Virus record (IMG/VR): IMGVR_UViG_3300031760_000361
Coordinates: 1-31,834 of that record
Length of the DNA stretch: 31,834 nucleotides
Strand: one strand, 5' to 3'
From: a virus
How positions within the stretch are numbered: the stretch's first letter is position 1; each line of letters starts with the position of its first letter. A program made the translations under genes and the position numbers. Of this stretch, positions 12,952 to 22,438 are shown piece by piece. A model generated the notes under the pieces. It had not been told where the DNA came from. It searched no databases and saw nothing but the letters and a program-made list of their open reading frames with translations.

Positions 12952-14868
12952 CTAAACTACGTGTACGTCTTGAGTAATCACGTAGTATTTATTATTCTCT
13001 AAATTTAAGTTAGATATAGTTTGATATGTAGTAACTTCATCATTACTAATTATTTCTATTTTTTGGATATTAGTATCGCTAGGAACGTGGACTCCTATAG
13101 AATATCTATAAACATTATTAACTAATGTGCTACTAACTTTTGTTATATATGAGGTATTATCGTCATAAGTGACACGTATTTTAGTAGCTTTGGCGTTTTC
13201 ATAATCTAAGTCTTTACCAGAGCTTATATTTAGCCTACTACTACCTTGTAGGTTATAAGAGTAGTCGTTAGTATTTCTATTTTGCATTGTAATAGCGTTT
13301 ATAAAGTTGATATATAGGTTTTCGTATACGTTCTTATTTATGGTTTGAGTATTATCTATAAGCTCGTAGCTAGTAGAACTATATAGGTTTTCATTTGATA
13401 TAGTTACATTATTAAGTAGGTTATTAGGTACATTTAATGTCGCCATAGTTTGGTTATTATATACTTTAAGATTGTATAAATTTCTCGCAAAAACAAGGTT
13501 ATTATCCGAGTCAAAGAGTAGCCCTTGCGTGGGTACTAACATTTTTTTATCTTTGTACTTTAATCCATTGTAATTATTTTGGTTATATACCATTTTATAA
13601 GTTACTAGGTAATAAGGGGAGTCGTTACTATCTCTATTTATATAGTTTATAATATACTCATTGTATAGGTTATAAACTCCATATCTTTTTATTGTTAAAC
13701 TACTCCAGGAGTTCTCTATGTCGGTTTTAATAAAAAAGTTTTCTTTTACTTCTCTACCTACCATAGAAAAGCATAAGTTATATACGCTACCACTTTTATA
13801 CTGAGGAGTAAGGTACATAAACAAACCATTTACCACTTTACCTCTTATATTATATGGAGCTATTGTACTACTCCCACTAGGTGATACTTTTTCATCTAAT
13901 AAAACAATATTCCCATTGTCATAATTGTAGATATCCATTTTTGATACATATTGACTACCACTAGGAATGACTCCAACTATAGCAAAGTAAAAGTTATTAT
14001 TGTAATTTGAGTATAAAGTTATATCAAAATTAGTTACCTCACTAATAGGACTGTGGTAATAATCTCCTATAACATTTGTAACTAAGTCAATATAAGTTGG
14101 TTCGCCATTTCCTATTGTAGTAGCTTTATTTATAGCCCATTCGTCGTCCCGTCTTTCAGTTCCTATATATTCAGCTATAGGTTGGTCGTTAGTATCGAAG
14201 TATATATGTCCTATATCCACGTCACCAAAAGTAAATAAAACATCTGGTAATCTAGTCCACGTATTCTCGGCTCCGACATTTATTTGAAATAAACTAGGCA
14301 TTATTAACGAGCCCGTTCCCTCTTGTAATGCAAAATAATAAGTTGCACTTTGAGTTGATTTCGCTAAAAAAGTTTCATACTGAGGGTTTATGTCATCACC
14401 ATAAGTATCATAGCCTTGCACGTAGTAACTATTCCTTAAGATAACTTGGTAATCGTTATATCCTTTAGGAATTTCGCTTATGTTATTTAGTAGAATTATT
14501 CTATATACATTGACTCCGTTTTGGACTATGTAATCTAACCCGTAAGCATTTCCTACCTCGTCTACTTCTATGTTTAAGAAAGTCCCAAAAGGTGTACCAC
14601 TAGCGAATGTAGTAAATGTTTTTATAATTGTCATATCTTTACTATCTACAAGGCTTATTTTATTGCCTCCGTGAGAATAATATAAGTCTAGCCCGTTATA
14701 ATTTCCTTGTCCGTCTTTACACCTTACTACTAAGGAACCTAAACCAGTAGGATTGTCGTTATACTCACTTGTAGTTACTTCGGCATACATAGGCGTAGCT
14801 GAGCTTATACCTTGAGCTATATTACCCGTTAAGTATTCTAGTAAGTTTTCTTTATAATCATTTGTCAT
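12952..14868 (-). CDS. Large baseplate / tail-tip structural protein (Tal position)
   Basis: 638-aa Asn/Tyr-rich ORF, the second gene after the tape measure. The assignment is by position only; no lysin motif was seen. Confidence 0.4.
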   Translation of the reverse strand: MTNDYKENLLEYLTGNIAQGISSATPMYAEVTTSEYNDNPTGLGSLVVRCKDGQGNYNGLDLYYSHGGNKISLVDSKDMTIIKTFTTFASGTPFGTFLNIEVDEVGNAYGLDYIVQNGVNVYRIILLNNISEIPKGYNDYQVILRNSYYVQGYDTYGDDINPQYETFLAKSTQSATYYFALQEGTGSLIMPSLFQINVGAENTWTRLPDVLFTFGDVDIGHIYFDTNDQPIAEYIGTERRDDEWAINKATTIGNGEPTYIDLVTNVIGDYYHSPISEVTNFDITLYSNYNNNFYFAIVGVIPSGSQYVSKMDIYNYDNGNIVLLDEKVSPSGSSTIAPYNIRGKVVNGLFMYLTPQYKSGSVYNLCFSMVGREVKENFFIKTDIENSWSSLTIKRYGVYNLYNEYIINYINRDSNDSPYYLVTYKMVYNQNNYNGLKYKDKKMLVPTQGLLFDSDNNLVFARNLYNLKVYNNQTMATLNVPNNLLNNVTISNENLYSSTSYELIDNTQTINKNVYENLYINFINAITMQNRNTNDYSYNLQGSSRLNISSGKDLDYENAKATKIRVTYDDNTSYITKVSSTLVNNVYRYSIGVHVPSDTNIQKIEIISNDEVTTYQTISNLNLENNKYYVITQDVHVV

Positions 14869-14876
14869 ATTATCAC

Positions 14877-16394
14877 CTACTCTATAATAGTTTCTATTAC
14901 ACTATCTAAAGTGTTTTCTACTGGGTATGTTTCGTCTACTTCTACTTCTTGTACTTGTAAGTTATCCCATATTATATTAGCTGTACTTTCTATATCTATA
15001 TTTCTATTTATGTAAGAGCCCTCGGTAATATTTCCTTGAGATTTATTACGTTGATTATCGAACCAATTTATAGCTTTTTCACCATTAAACGTACTTGATA
15101 ATTCATATGTATAGAATAGTTCCCAAGTTCCATTACCTACAGCTATAATATTTATCTCTTTACTCTTTACTAGGTATTGTTTACTTAAGTTACCTATAGG
15201 GGCTATAAAGTCTACCACTTGCCCCACTTCATATAAATTATTATTATGAGTAGTTAATGTAAGGATAACTTCAGCTTCACCTTTGTATTTTAAGTAAGTA
15301 GAACCTATACTAATTAGTTGGTTACTATCAGTAACGTCGTTTCTTTCTTCATACCTTGATATAACTCCATTAACTCCTAATTGGTTAGCTACTCGGTCTA
15401 TTTCATCAGCATTAGAGATTATTTCTCTACCATTAATGATAGGAGTATATTCTAATTGAATAACACTCCCAGGAGCTAATATCGAGTCACTAGTATTTTG
15501 AATAAAGCTTGTATCACCACTTTTATAATAGAAGTTAGCGTATACTCCATTATCTTTCTCTACTTCGTCGGCTATAGTTTTTTCTATACCATTTACTTTG
15601 ATATTTGTAACTCTACCTATTCTATCGGCTGTTACATACTCGTAAGAGTATCCGTTAGCTACAAACCTTTCACTATAAGTTATATCGGCGAACATTTCGC
15701 TTGATAGCATTATTTGTTTATTACGATAGTCGTAAGTTCCATATTTAAACTTTAGGTCTACTAAATTGTTAGTTTCAGCCCACTCTTTTGAGTACTCTAT
15801 TGTAGTACCTTTAGGCATTAGTGTAGGGTCGTAAAAGTCTATCGCTAGTGAAGTATCATCTATAACACGTGTTTGCCATTTGGCACCACTTATCTCGGCT
15901 AAATATTGAAACACGTCATAAGCTGTTTTATTAAGTGTAGAATAAGCCCCTATAACGTCATCACCATTTAGGATATTTACATTACCCAGAACAAAGCCAT
16001 ATTTTGAAACGGAGTCAACCACCATTTGTATAGCTTCATTTATAGTCTTATTAGAGATAACAAAGTCTAATGTATCCCCCTCACTTAATAGAGTCTTATA
16101 AGATAGTATTTGTATAGAGCAATATTTAGGCTCTCTAGGGTTTAAACTAATATCGGAGGTATTCTTGACTATACCACTAAAGATTAACTCGCTAGAGCCG
16201 TTTTCTATATGTTCTATGGTACATTTAGAATAATCTTGAGGATAATAAAATCTATTTACATAGTCTTTGTCATCTTCCCAACTCTTTGGATAGCAATTAT
16301 TTAAGATAATAGAAGAGGCTGATAACATTTCTTCTTTTATTATAATATTCTTATCACATACTACCTCTTCATTACCTATCATCATTTTTAACAT
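14877..16394 (-). CDS. Distal tail protein (Dit)-like tail component
   Basis: 505-aa ORF immediately downstream of the tape measure gene. The assignment rests mainly on conserved siphovirus gene order. Confidence 0.45.
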   Translation of the reverse strand: MLKMMIGNEEVVCDKNIIIKEEMLSASSIILNNCYPKSWEDDKDYVNRFYYPQDYSKCTIEHIENGSSELIFSGIVKNTSDISLNPREPKYCSIQILSYKTLLSEGDTLDFVISNKTINEAIQMVVDSVSKYGFVLGNVNILNGDDVIGAYSTLNKTAYDVFQYLAEISGAKWQTRVIDDTSLAIDFYDPTLMPKGTTIEYSKEWAETNNLVDLKFKYGTYDYRNKQIMLSSEMFADITYSERFVANGYSYEYVTADRIGRVTNIKVNGIEKTIADEVEKDNGVYANFYYKSGDTSFIQNTSDSILAPGSVIQLEYTPIINGREIISNADEIDRVANQLGVNGVISRYEERNDVTDSNQLISIGSTYLKYKGEAEVILTLTTHNNNLYEVGQVVDFIAPIGNLSKQYLVKSKEINIIAVGNGTWELFYTYELSSTFNGEKAINWFDNQRNKSQGNITEGSYINRNIDIESTANIIWDNLQVQEVEVDETYPVENTLDSVIETIIE

Positions 16395-16395
16395 A

Positions 16396-17970
16396 CTAAT
16401 AACCTCCTACGTAGTTATAGTCATTTTTAGCCCCACCAGAGAACGTTTTAACACTATTGACTAATTGTCCTAGTGAGTCCATTTCCATTGAGTTATGGAT
16501 AGTTACATTAGCCGTAGGAGTAGGAGTTGTCATACTTCCTATAGAACCATTAGTAAATGGGTTAAATGTAGCACTCACGGACTTATCAATTTCTTTTTGC
16601 ATTCCGTCAAGTCCCTCTACGTATCCCTCGGCTGAATATTTACCGACAATAGCGAACTCTTTACTAGGTGACTTTATACCTAGTACCTTTTTAAGCCCTC
16701 CTAGTATAGCTTTTCCCATACCTTTGACTTTATCTATAACCCAATCTTTCATTTTTGAAAGTCCATTCCATAAACCTTTACCGATATCTTTTCCAATATT
16801 AATCATTCCGTTAGTCATTTTACTAAAGGTAGATTTAATACCATTCCATACGCTTGCAACTACTGTAGCTATCTTTTTAAATGCATTTATAACGCTTGTT
16901 ATTCCGTTTTTAATACCCGTTACTACTACCATAAACGTAGCTTTTATACCACTCCATAAACCTTCCCAGAAGTTACGGAAGCCCTCGCAATGGTTCCATA
17001 AGTACGTAAATCCAACTACTAAAGCACTTAATGACGCTATTATCAAACCTATAGGGTTAGCCGTTAAAACAAGCCATAAGCCTTTAAACATAGCTGTTAT
17101 TTTGCCAACTATTAAAACTCCAGCTAATACGTTAATAAATGTTAGTAAAGGCACGGCTATAGCTATTACTATGTCTTTATTCTTAGCTAGCCAATTAAAC
17201 ATATCCGTTAGTTTAGGTATCAACCCACTTATAGCCTTAAATAGTCCCTCGGTAAGTGTACCTTTAAGAACTTGTAAGCTTTCGTCTAAGTTACTCATAG
17301 CTCCGTTATAGGTTTTACTTTGGCTTTCCATAGCTCCGTAGTATTTTCCACCCTCACTACTTGCTAACTTAAGAGCGTCGCTTAACATATCATAAGTTAC
17401 GTCCAACTTACTCGCTTCGGTTCTGGTTATACCCATAGAGTCAGCTAACAAGCCGTATATGTCTATTCCTGCGTAAGCGAATTGCTTAATATCTAGAGAA
17501 CTAGCTTTACCTACGTTTTTAATTTGTTGTAAGTTTACAGCCATACGTTGTAATTCTTCATTACCTCCACCACTAGCTGAAACGGCATCACCTAAAGCTA
17601 ATATATCGGCTCTAGCTTCTTCGGCTGATAAACCCGTAGACAATAGTAAGCTTTCGGCTTGAGTCAAACTAGCAACGTCAAAAGGAGTAGTAAGTGCGTC
17701 TTTTTTAATTTGGGCTAGAACTTTATCGGCATTTTCAGCCGTACCCGTTAATGTAGTAAGTCTAGTATTAAAGGTTTGCATTTGGGCGTTATATGTTATT
17801 CCACCCTTTACAATAGCTCCAACGAAAGCGTCAACGGCTGTAGTAAGTCCTAAAAATGCTAGCTCACCTTGTTTTTTAGTTTGTTTAAGATTTTCTTGTA
17901 AGTTTTTAGTGGCGTTATCCATTTGTGACGAGTCAGCCGTAAACTTTGTTAGAACTTCAGCTCCTTGCAT
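16396..17970 (-). CDS. Tail tape measure protein
   Basis: LTTPFDVASLTQAESLLLSTGLSAEEARADILALGDAVSASGGGNEELQRMAVNLQQIKNVGKASSLDIKQFAYAGIDIY matches the TP901-type tape-measure core. A hydrophobic central stretch and a Gly/Lys-rich repeat region are also present. Confidence 0.85.
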   Translation of the reverse strand: MQGAEVLTKFTADSSQMDNATKNLQENLKQTKKQGELAFLGLTTAVDAFVGAIVKGGITYNAQMQTFNTRLTTLTGTAENADKVLAQIKKDALTTPFDVASLTQAESLLLSTGLSAEEARADILALGDAVSASGGGNEELQRMAVNLQQIKNVGKASSLDIKQFAYAGIDIYGLLADSMGITRTEASKLDVTYDMLSDALKLASSEGGKYYGAMESQSKTYNGAMSNLDESLQVLKGTLTEGLFKAISGLIPKLTDMFNWLAKNKDIVIAIAVPLLTFINVLAGVLIVGKITAMFKGLWLVLTANPIGLIIASLSALVVGFTYLWNHCEGFRNFWEGLWSGIKATFMVVVTGIKNGITSVINAFKKIATVVASVWNGIKSTFSKMTNGMINIGKDIGKGLWNGLSKMKDWVIDKVKGMGKAILGGLKKVLGIKSPSKEFAIVGKYSAEGYVEGLDGMQKEIDKSVSATFNPFTNGSIGSMTTPTPTANVTIHNSMEMDSLGQLVNSVKTFSGGAKNDYNYVGGY

Positions 17971-17990
17971 ATTGTCACTTCCTTTCTAAT

Positions 17991-18023
17991 AAAAAACGGT
18001 AGGAAGGTTTATTCCCTCCTACC
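17991..18023 (-). terminator. Intrinsic terminator between the major tail and tape measure genes
   Basis: Minus strand GGTAGGAGGG-aataaa-CCTTCCTACC (10-bp stem with one G-U pair, 18023-17998), followed by GTTTTTTATT. Confidence 0.65.
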
Positions 18024-18033
18024 TAAAAGGATA

Positions 18034-18507
18034 TTAAGAACTTGTTACTACTGTTCCCTTTCCTTGTAAGCTGATTTCGTAGCTAAACTCAGCTTCGTCT
18101 TCAGCATTACCTCCTAAGTCACTTAATTTGATAACTACAGGAGCTTGATATTTTGTATAAGTCATTGTTGAGTTTGATACTCCACTTAATAACTCGAATT
18201 GAATAACATCCCTAAATTGAGATATTTCTCCGTTAGTAATAAATGAATGTATTTTGCTTAACAATGTCATATTAGCTGTATTATTAAGGTCTAACTTCAT
18301 AGTACCACTTATAGTAAGAGTACCACCAGTTAAGATAGTTCTTTGTATAGCGTCACACCATACGTAGAAAGTCTTTTCTTCCCAATCGGTTTCTAGACTA
18401 ATTTCGCTAGAAGTACAAGCCTCAGTAAAAGTTGGACTTGATGAAGTACCAGTATTGAAAGCTAAGCCCTTAATAAACTCTCTATTATTAATGAACCAAT
18501 TATTCAC
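18034..18507 (-). CDS. Major tail protein
   Basis: 157-aa Thr/Ser-rich ORF, the last gene before the tape measure and followed by a strong terminator, as is common for abundant structural genes. Confidence 0.55.
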   Translation of the reverse strand: MNNWFINNREFIKGLAFNTGTSSSPTFTEACTSSEISLETDWEEKTFYVWCDAIQRTILTGGTLTISGTMKLDLNNTANMTLLSKIHSFITNGEISQFRDVIQFELLSGVSNSTMTYTKYQAPVVIKLSDLGGNAEDEAEFSYEISLQGKGTVVTSS

Positions 18508-18509
18508 TC

Positions 18510-18923
18510 TTAATCCTCCTTATCAATTCTATTTACAATACATTGAAATGTCATCGTATAACTTACACGCCTTATATCATAGTATTGTATTGTTCTTGGA
18601 TTGCTATATTGCTTAATTAATATTTGCCATTTTTGACCTTGAAAATCTACATAATTATTATGTCCTATTAAGTCACCTATTTTGGCACTTGTCTTATACT
18701 CTTCTTCGATACTATCGCCGAATATTTCGATATTAAAGTAACTATATAGTGGATTGTCATTATCAAAGAATACTATCTTTTGTCCTGAAGTTTCTTGCAC
18801 TACGATTACTTTAACGTCTTTATCGTTTGTACTAAACTCGGCTTTTATCTTAAACCCACTTATTATTGAGTTTAAGAATTGTATAAGCACTAGGTTTTTA
18901 TTTCGTCTATCAGTTTCCGTCAT
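18510..18923 (-). CDS. Tail terminator / tail-completion-like protein
   Basis: 137-aa ORF in the head-tail joining cluster. Assignment is by position only. Confidence 0.4.
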   Translation of the reverse strand: MTETDRRNKNLVLIQFLNSIISGFKIKAEFSTNDKDVKVIVVQETSGQKIVFFDNDNPLYSYFNIEIFGDSIEEEYKTSAKIGDLIGHNNYVDFQGQKWQILIKQYSNPRTIQYYDIRRVSYTMTFQCIVNRIDKED

Positions 18924-19288
18924 TTTAACTCACTCTCTGCGTTCTTTATGGCAAGCTGTACTAACTCGGTCTTATGTTTTTGGAAAGTACCTATATACCA
19001 TTGAGGTAATGTACTTGGGTTAGTCCAATTAGTATTGTCGCCCATTTTCCATACTCTAGGAGCATAGCTTACTCCTACAGCTCCCAACTCGTATGTAGCA
19101 TTAGAGCCTCTTACTCCCATAGCCATAGAGCCTTGATTTAAAGCCCCCGTTCTATATGGGAAGTAATGAGCTGAATTGGTAAAATCTAAAGTAGCTCTAG
19201 CCAAGCTATATACTACTTTATCTTCCCACCTTTTTAATTGCTCTACGGGTAAGTCTTTTACTATTTCAACTTTAACTGAGTAACTCAT
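18920..19288 (-). CDS. HK97 gp10-like tail component / neck protein
   Basis: 122-aa ORF. Position and the segment FPYRTGALNQGS are reminiscent of gp10-family proteins (P..TG.L..S). Confidence 0.4.
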   Translation of the reverse strand: MSYSVKVEIVKDLPVEQLKRWEDKVVYSLARATLDFTNSAHYFPYRTGALNQGSMAMGVRGSNATYELGAVGVSYAPRVWKMGDNTNWTNPSTLPQWYIGTFQKHKTELVQLAIKNAESELK

Positions 19289-19587
19289 TTTACTAACACA
19301 CCTATATTAGCTAATTTATTCCATAACCAATTATCTTGTACTTCCAATACTGAATAAGTCCTATTTTGGAAAAGGATTTCGTCGCCCTCTCTTATATCTA
19401 CTTTAGACTTGACTATAAAATAGCCTTTAGCCTCTGGAGTAGTATAGACTCCAAACCTCACAGCTTGGTCTACGTTATAAGGACATACTTTTATAGGAAC
19501 TTGTTTCTTGTCTTGGTCGTCATATATTGAGCTACTACCCCTATTATTTTGTATAAGGATAGCTTTCATACCATTTACGTTATACAT
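19285..19587 (-). CDS. Head closure / head-tail adaptor protein
   Basis: 100-aa ORF. C-terminal VDIREGDEILFQNRTYSVLEVQD resembles the head-closure pattern (..GD.I...G..Y.I..V.D). Confidence 0.45.
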   Translation of the reverse strand: MYNVNGMKAILIQNNRGSSSIYDDQDKKQVPIKVCPYNVDQAVRFGVYTTPEAKGYFIVKSKVDIREGDEILFQNRTYSVLEVQDNWLWNKLANIGVLVK

Positions 19588-19958
19588 TAGAAAGGTATAT
19601 TAAGTCCCATATTGTAGTTAATTGGACTACCTCTATATAAATACCCGTGATTAGCAAGTATTCTTAGAGCTAGAGTAGAATAATCAGTTCTAAGGTCGCT
19701 AGTCATATTACCAGCCGAAATACTACCTCTATTGTCTAATAAAGGCATATCGTATTCTAATAAAAACCTTAATTGTTCCATACTAGCTTCTTTAATAGGT
19801 GTAGGCACTGTCTTTGGAGTCCAAGTGGTATTTCTAAAACGAGCACCAACTTGAGCGTATATCATTTCCGAAACAGCGTCTATCTTCCATAAGTCCTCTC
19901 TATCTAATGTGATATGAGGGTATTTAGTTTCAAAGTCATTTTTTGTGAAGAAAGTCAT
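19587..19958 (-). CDS. Head-tail connector (gp6-like position)
   Basis: 123-aa ORF, the first gene after the major capsid gene. Assignment is by position only. Confidence 0.4.
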   Translation of the reverse strand: MTFFTKNDFETKYPHITLDREDLWKIDAVSEMIYAQVGARFRNTTWTPKTVPTPIKEASMEQLRFLLEYDMPLLDNRGSISAGNMTSDLRTDYSTLALRILANHGYLYRGSPINYNMGLNIPF

Positions 19959-19976
19959 AAACTGACCTCCTTTCTA

Positions 19977-20783
19977 CTAAGCTAATTTAACTATAGCTTC
20001 ATCTCTAACAATTTCAGCTCCGAACATTACTCTACCTTCAATTACGAACATTCCTGGTAAGCCTGGATATTCACTAAATTGGTTGAAGTTTGAGAAGTAA
20101 GCATCTCCAGCTACAGCTTCTACATTTGTAAAGTAACCTTTAACGTTTGAGCCGATAACTGAACTAGCAATAGGGAATATATCTACTCCGTAAGCTCTTG
20201 CAACTGTACCTCTATCTACACCCTCTACACCAGCTAGTGTTTCGAATTTCAATAATGAAGTTAATTTAGCCACTAAGTTACCATATTCAGTAGCCTCTAA
20301 GCCCATTTTATAATCATCATAAGCGTTGTTATTAAATAGTGTAGCTTTTAAAGCGTTAATGTCAGCGATAGGGTCGCTAGTTAATGTAAAGCTTTGAGTA
20401 GCTGAACCTAACTTACCATATCCGTAAGCGTCTATTGCGTTAGCAATTTGAGCGTCTTCTTGATTAATTTGTGACTCTATAGCTTGAGCTATATTATTTA
20501 ATCTAGGGTCTACAGCAACTGAATAATGTTTATCTAATTCAGTTAAATCAATTTTTACACTATCATAAGTAGCTAGTGTTGGAGCTATTGGTGTTGCTCC
20601 GTTAGCGTTAGATAGTGCAACAGGTTTTGTTTTGATAACTTCTATCATTGGTGTTCCTGTGCTTCTAATTTCACCAATATAAGCTGGGTTAAGGAAGTTC
20701 ATAAATGAAGAACGGTATAGTAAATCATCATATACTTTCTTAACTACGCCTTGTAAATCTAAGTTTAAGTTTGTATAATTCAT
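19977..20783 (-). CDS. Major capsid protein
   Basis: 268-aa Ala/Gly/Val-rich ORF directly after the scaffold-like gene, with a strong RBS context. Assignment is by position and composition. Confidence 0.6.
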   Translation of the reverse strand: MNYTNLNLDLQGVVKKVYDDLLYRSSFMNFLNPAYIGEIRSTGTPMIEVIKTKPVALSNANGATPIAPTLATYDSVKIDLTELDKHYSVAVDPRLNNIAQAIESQINQEDAQIANAIDAYGYGKLGSATQSFTLTSDPIADINALKATLFNNNAYDDYKMGLEATEYGNLVAKLTSLLKFETLAGVEGVDRGTVARAYGVDIFPIASSVIGSNVKGYFTNVEAVAGDAYFSNFNQFSEYPGLPGMFVIEGRVMFGAEIVRDEAIVKLA

Positions 20784-20796
20784 TTCTTTTCACTCC

Positions 20797-21324
20797 TTAT
20801 TTAATCAATAAATCTTTTATGCTAGTTTTACGTGTTATGTTTATAGGATTGGCTTGGGTACTAGCATTACCTAGAGCCATTTCGTTTGGGACGTCTATTA
20901 CTTCTTTTTTAGGAAAGTATGTAGCTCCGAATTTATCTTTAATAAGTCCGATAGCTTTAGTATCGTCAGTTTCTTCGGCGAACATACTAGAGCGTAGACT
21001 TGCTACTTCGTCTAGCTTATCGCTTGGAAATCCCTCTTGCATTAAAGACATTCTAAGTTTTAAGTCCCCAATCATTTTGGTTTGGTTTGTATCTCGTTCT
21101 TGTAAAGAGCTGTAACTTTTTTCTAACTCGTTATACTTGTTTTCAAGTTCTACGTATTTTGAAGTGCTTTCTTTAGAGTTGTTACTTATTGCTTCTTTTA
21201 TAGCGTTCTCTTTATCGGACTCTAATACATAACCTTTCCTAATATCTTTTTCCAACTTTTCAAGGTTAAAATCCTCATTGGATAGTTGAATATCCTTGTT
21301 TGTTAGATATTTACTAATATCCAT
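20797..21324 (-). CDS. Scaffolding protein
   Basis: 175-aa highly charged, helical, coiled-coil-type ORF between the MuF-like and capsid genes. Confidence 0.55.
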   Translation of the reverse strand: MDISKYLTNKDIQLSNEDFNLEKLEKDIRKGYVLESDKENAIKEAISNNSKESTSKYVELENKYNELEKSYSSLQERDTNQTKMIGDLKLRMSLMQEGFPSDKLDEVASLRSSMFAEETDDTKAIGLIKDKFGATYFPKKEVIDVPNEMALGNASTQANPINITRKTSIKDLLIK

Positions 21325-21403
21325 ACATTTTTTCCTCCATTCTAGAACTGGAAGTGCAATTTAGGTACCTTACTTAAAGTTTTAAGACATTCAAGCCTCT
21401 GGT

Positions 21404-22438
21404 CTAGCGATTAATCGCCTTTACTTGCTTTTTTAAGGACTCCGTAGGTAGTTTTCCTACTTCATCTCTTATAGCTTTGTTTAACTTGCTTATTCTAGCT
21501 TTTATCTTATCTACTTGCCCCTCGTTACCTATCGACTTAGCTATTTTTAAATCAGTCTTTAGGTTAGTACGTTTGAGGGTAAGTGAGTTTACTTTTTGCC
21601 TTATTTTGTATTGCTCATCTACCTCCTGGCGTATCATTGACTCTCTACTTATTTGAGTAGGACTCCAATAGATAGATAAAGTACACTTACAATTTGGGTG
21701 TAGTACGTTGCCTACTTGCTCCTCAGCTTTTATCCCTATAATGTTTTCTACTTGCCAAGCCGTTAATACTCTATTTTGATACTCATAACAATACAAACAA
21801 CTAAATGGGTGATATGGGATTATAAACTCTCTTTTATCTAGTTTTTCGCTATCGGCTAGTGTTTGGTTCCACCCAGAGCGAGTCAAGTCTACATTATGTA
21901 CCATAGCTAAGTAAGTAGATAGTTTTACGTAGTGAGCTAGCATTCCGTTTTTATGGTAGTAAGCTACTACTTGATTTACTTGTTTATCGTATTTATCTAG
22001 TTTTTTAGTTAGATACTCTTCTTTATCTACTTTTTCTATGGAGTTATGAGCAACTCCGTAGTTTGTTACTACGTTCTTTTTAAATCGTTTCTCAAACATT
22101 TGAAAGTCGCTTTCTGGTGTTAATTTGAAGTACTCATCATCAAACGTCCACCCTAGCGTTTCTAGATACTCTTTATTCTTAAAACGTCCTATATTAATAG
22201 CTTGCTCTACGTTATCGTTATGTACTAACTCTCTCAATTCGGCTATTTGCTTATCCATAAATCTATGGTCTACTTTATCCCATATCTTCCCTACTTCTTT
22301 TTCAAAGAACTCTTTTGATTTCCCCTCTTCTAGACATTTGAAGTACAACTCCTTTGTCTTATTCATCATCTTGGTATATCGTACATTTACTAGGTATACG
22401 TTCTTATCTATCAACTCGCTAGATTTCTTCGTACTCAA
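21404..22438 (-). CDS. Head morphogenesis protein (SPP1 gp7 / Mu F-like)
   Basis: Contains YHPFSCLYCYEYQNR...LHPNCKCTL, the HPNC(R/K)C signature of Phage_Mu_F domains. It lies immediately after the portal gene. Confidence 0.7.
   Translation of the reverse strand: MSTKKSSELIDKNVYLVNVRYTKMMNKTKELYFKCLEEGKSKEFFEKEVGKIWDKVDHRFMDKQIAELRELVHNDNVEQAINIGRFKNKEYLETLGWTFDDEYFKLTPESDFQMFEKRFKKNVVTNYGVAHNSIEKVDKEEYLTKKLDKYDKQVNQVVAYYHKNGMLAHYVKLSTYLAMVHNVDLTRSGWNQTLADSEKLDKREFIIPYHPFSCLYCYEYQNRVLTAWQVENIIGIKAEEQVGNVLHPNCKCTLSIYWSPTQISRESMIRQEVDEQYKIRQKVNSLTLKRTNLKTDLKIAKSIGNEGQVDKIKARISKLNKAIRDEVGKLPTESLKKQVKAINR

Noticed and set aside
16457-17311. A 284-aa plus-strand ORF inside the tape measure gene, plus the other plus-strand track ORFs: 1188..1424, 1654..1974, 2068..2331, 3727..3912, 4635..4940, 5315..5533, 9046..9264, 11615..11824, 12301..12567, 15498..15704, 18754..19023, 20771..21115, 22125..22445, 23142..23327, 24164..24400, 24751..25020, 25054..25242, 26060..26350, 26711..26986, 28514..28756, 29950..30237 and 30272..30469.
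   Set aside because: All lie antisense to well-supported minus-strand genes. They have Leu/Phe/Ser/Ile-rich low-complexity translations, as expected from the reverse complement of AT-rich coding DNA. They lack RBS contexts and break the otherwise continuous minus-strand gene series. I treat them as shadow ORFs.
17971-18507. A hidden -1 frameshift chaperone pair overlapping the 3' end of the major tail gene.
   Set aside because: The 63-nt gap has no overlapping alternative-frame ORF of useful length in the track, and I did not spot an obvious slippery heptamer plus extended -1 frame. The absence is reported as a finding, not a call.
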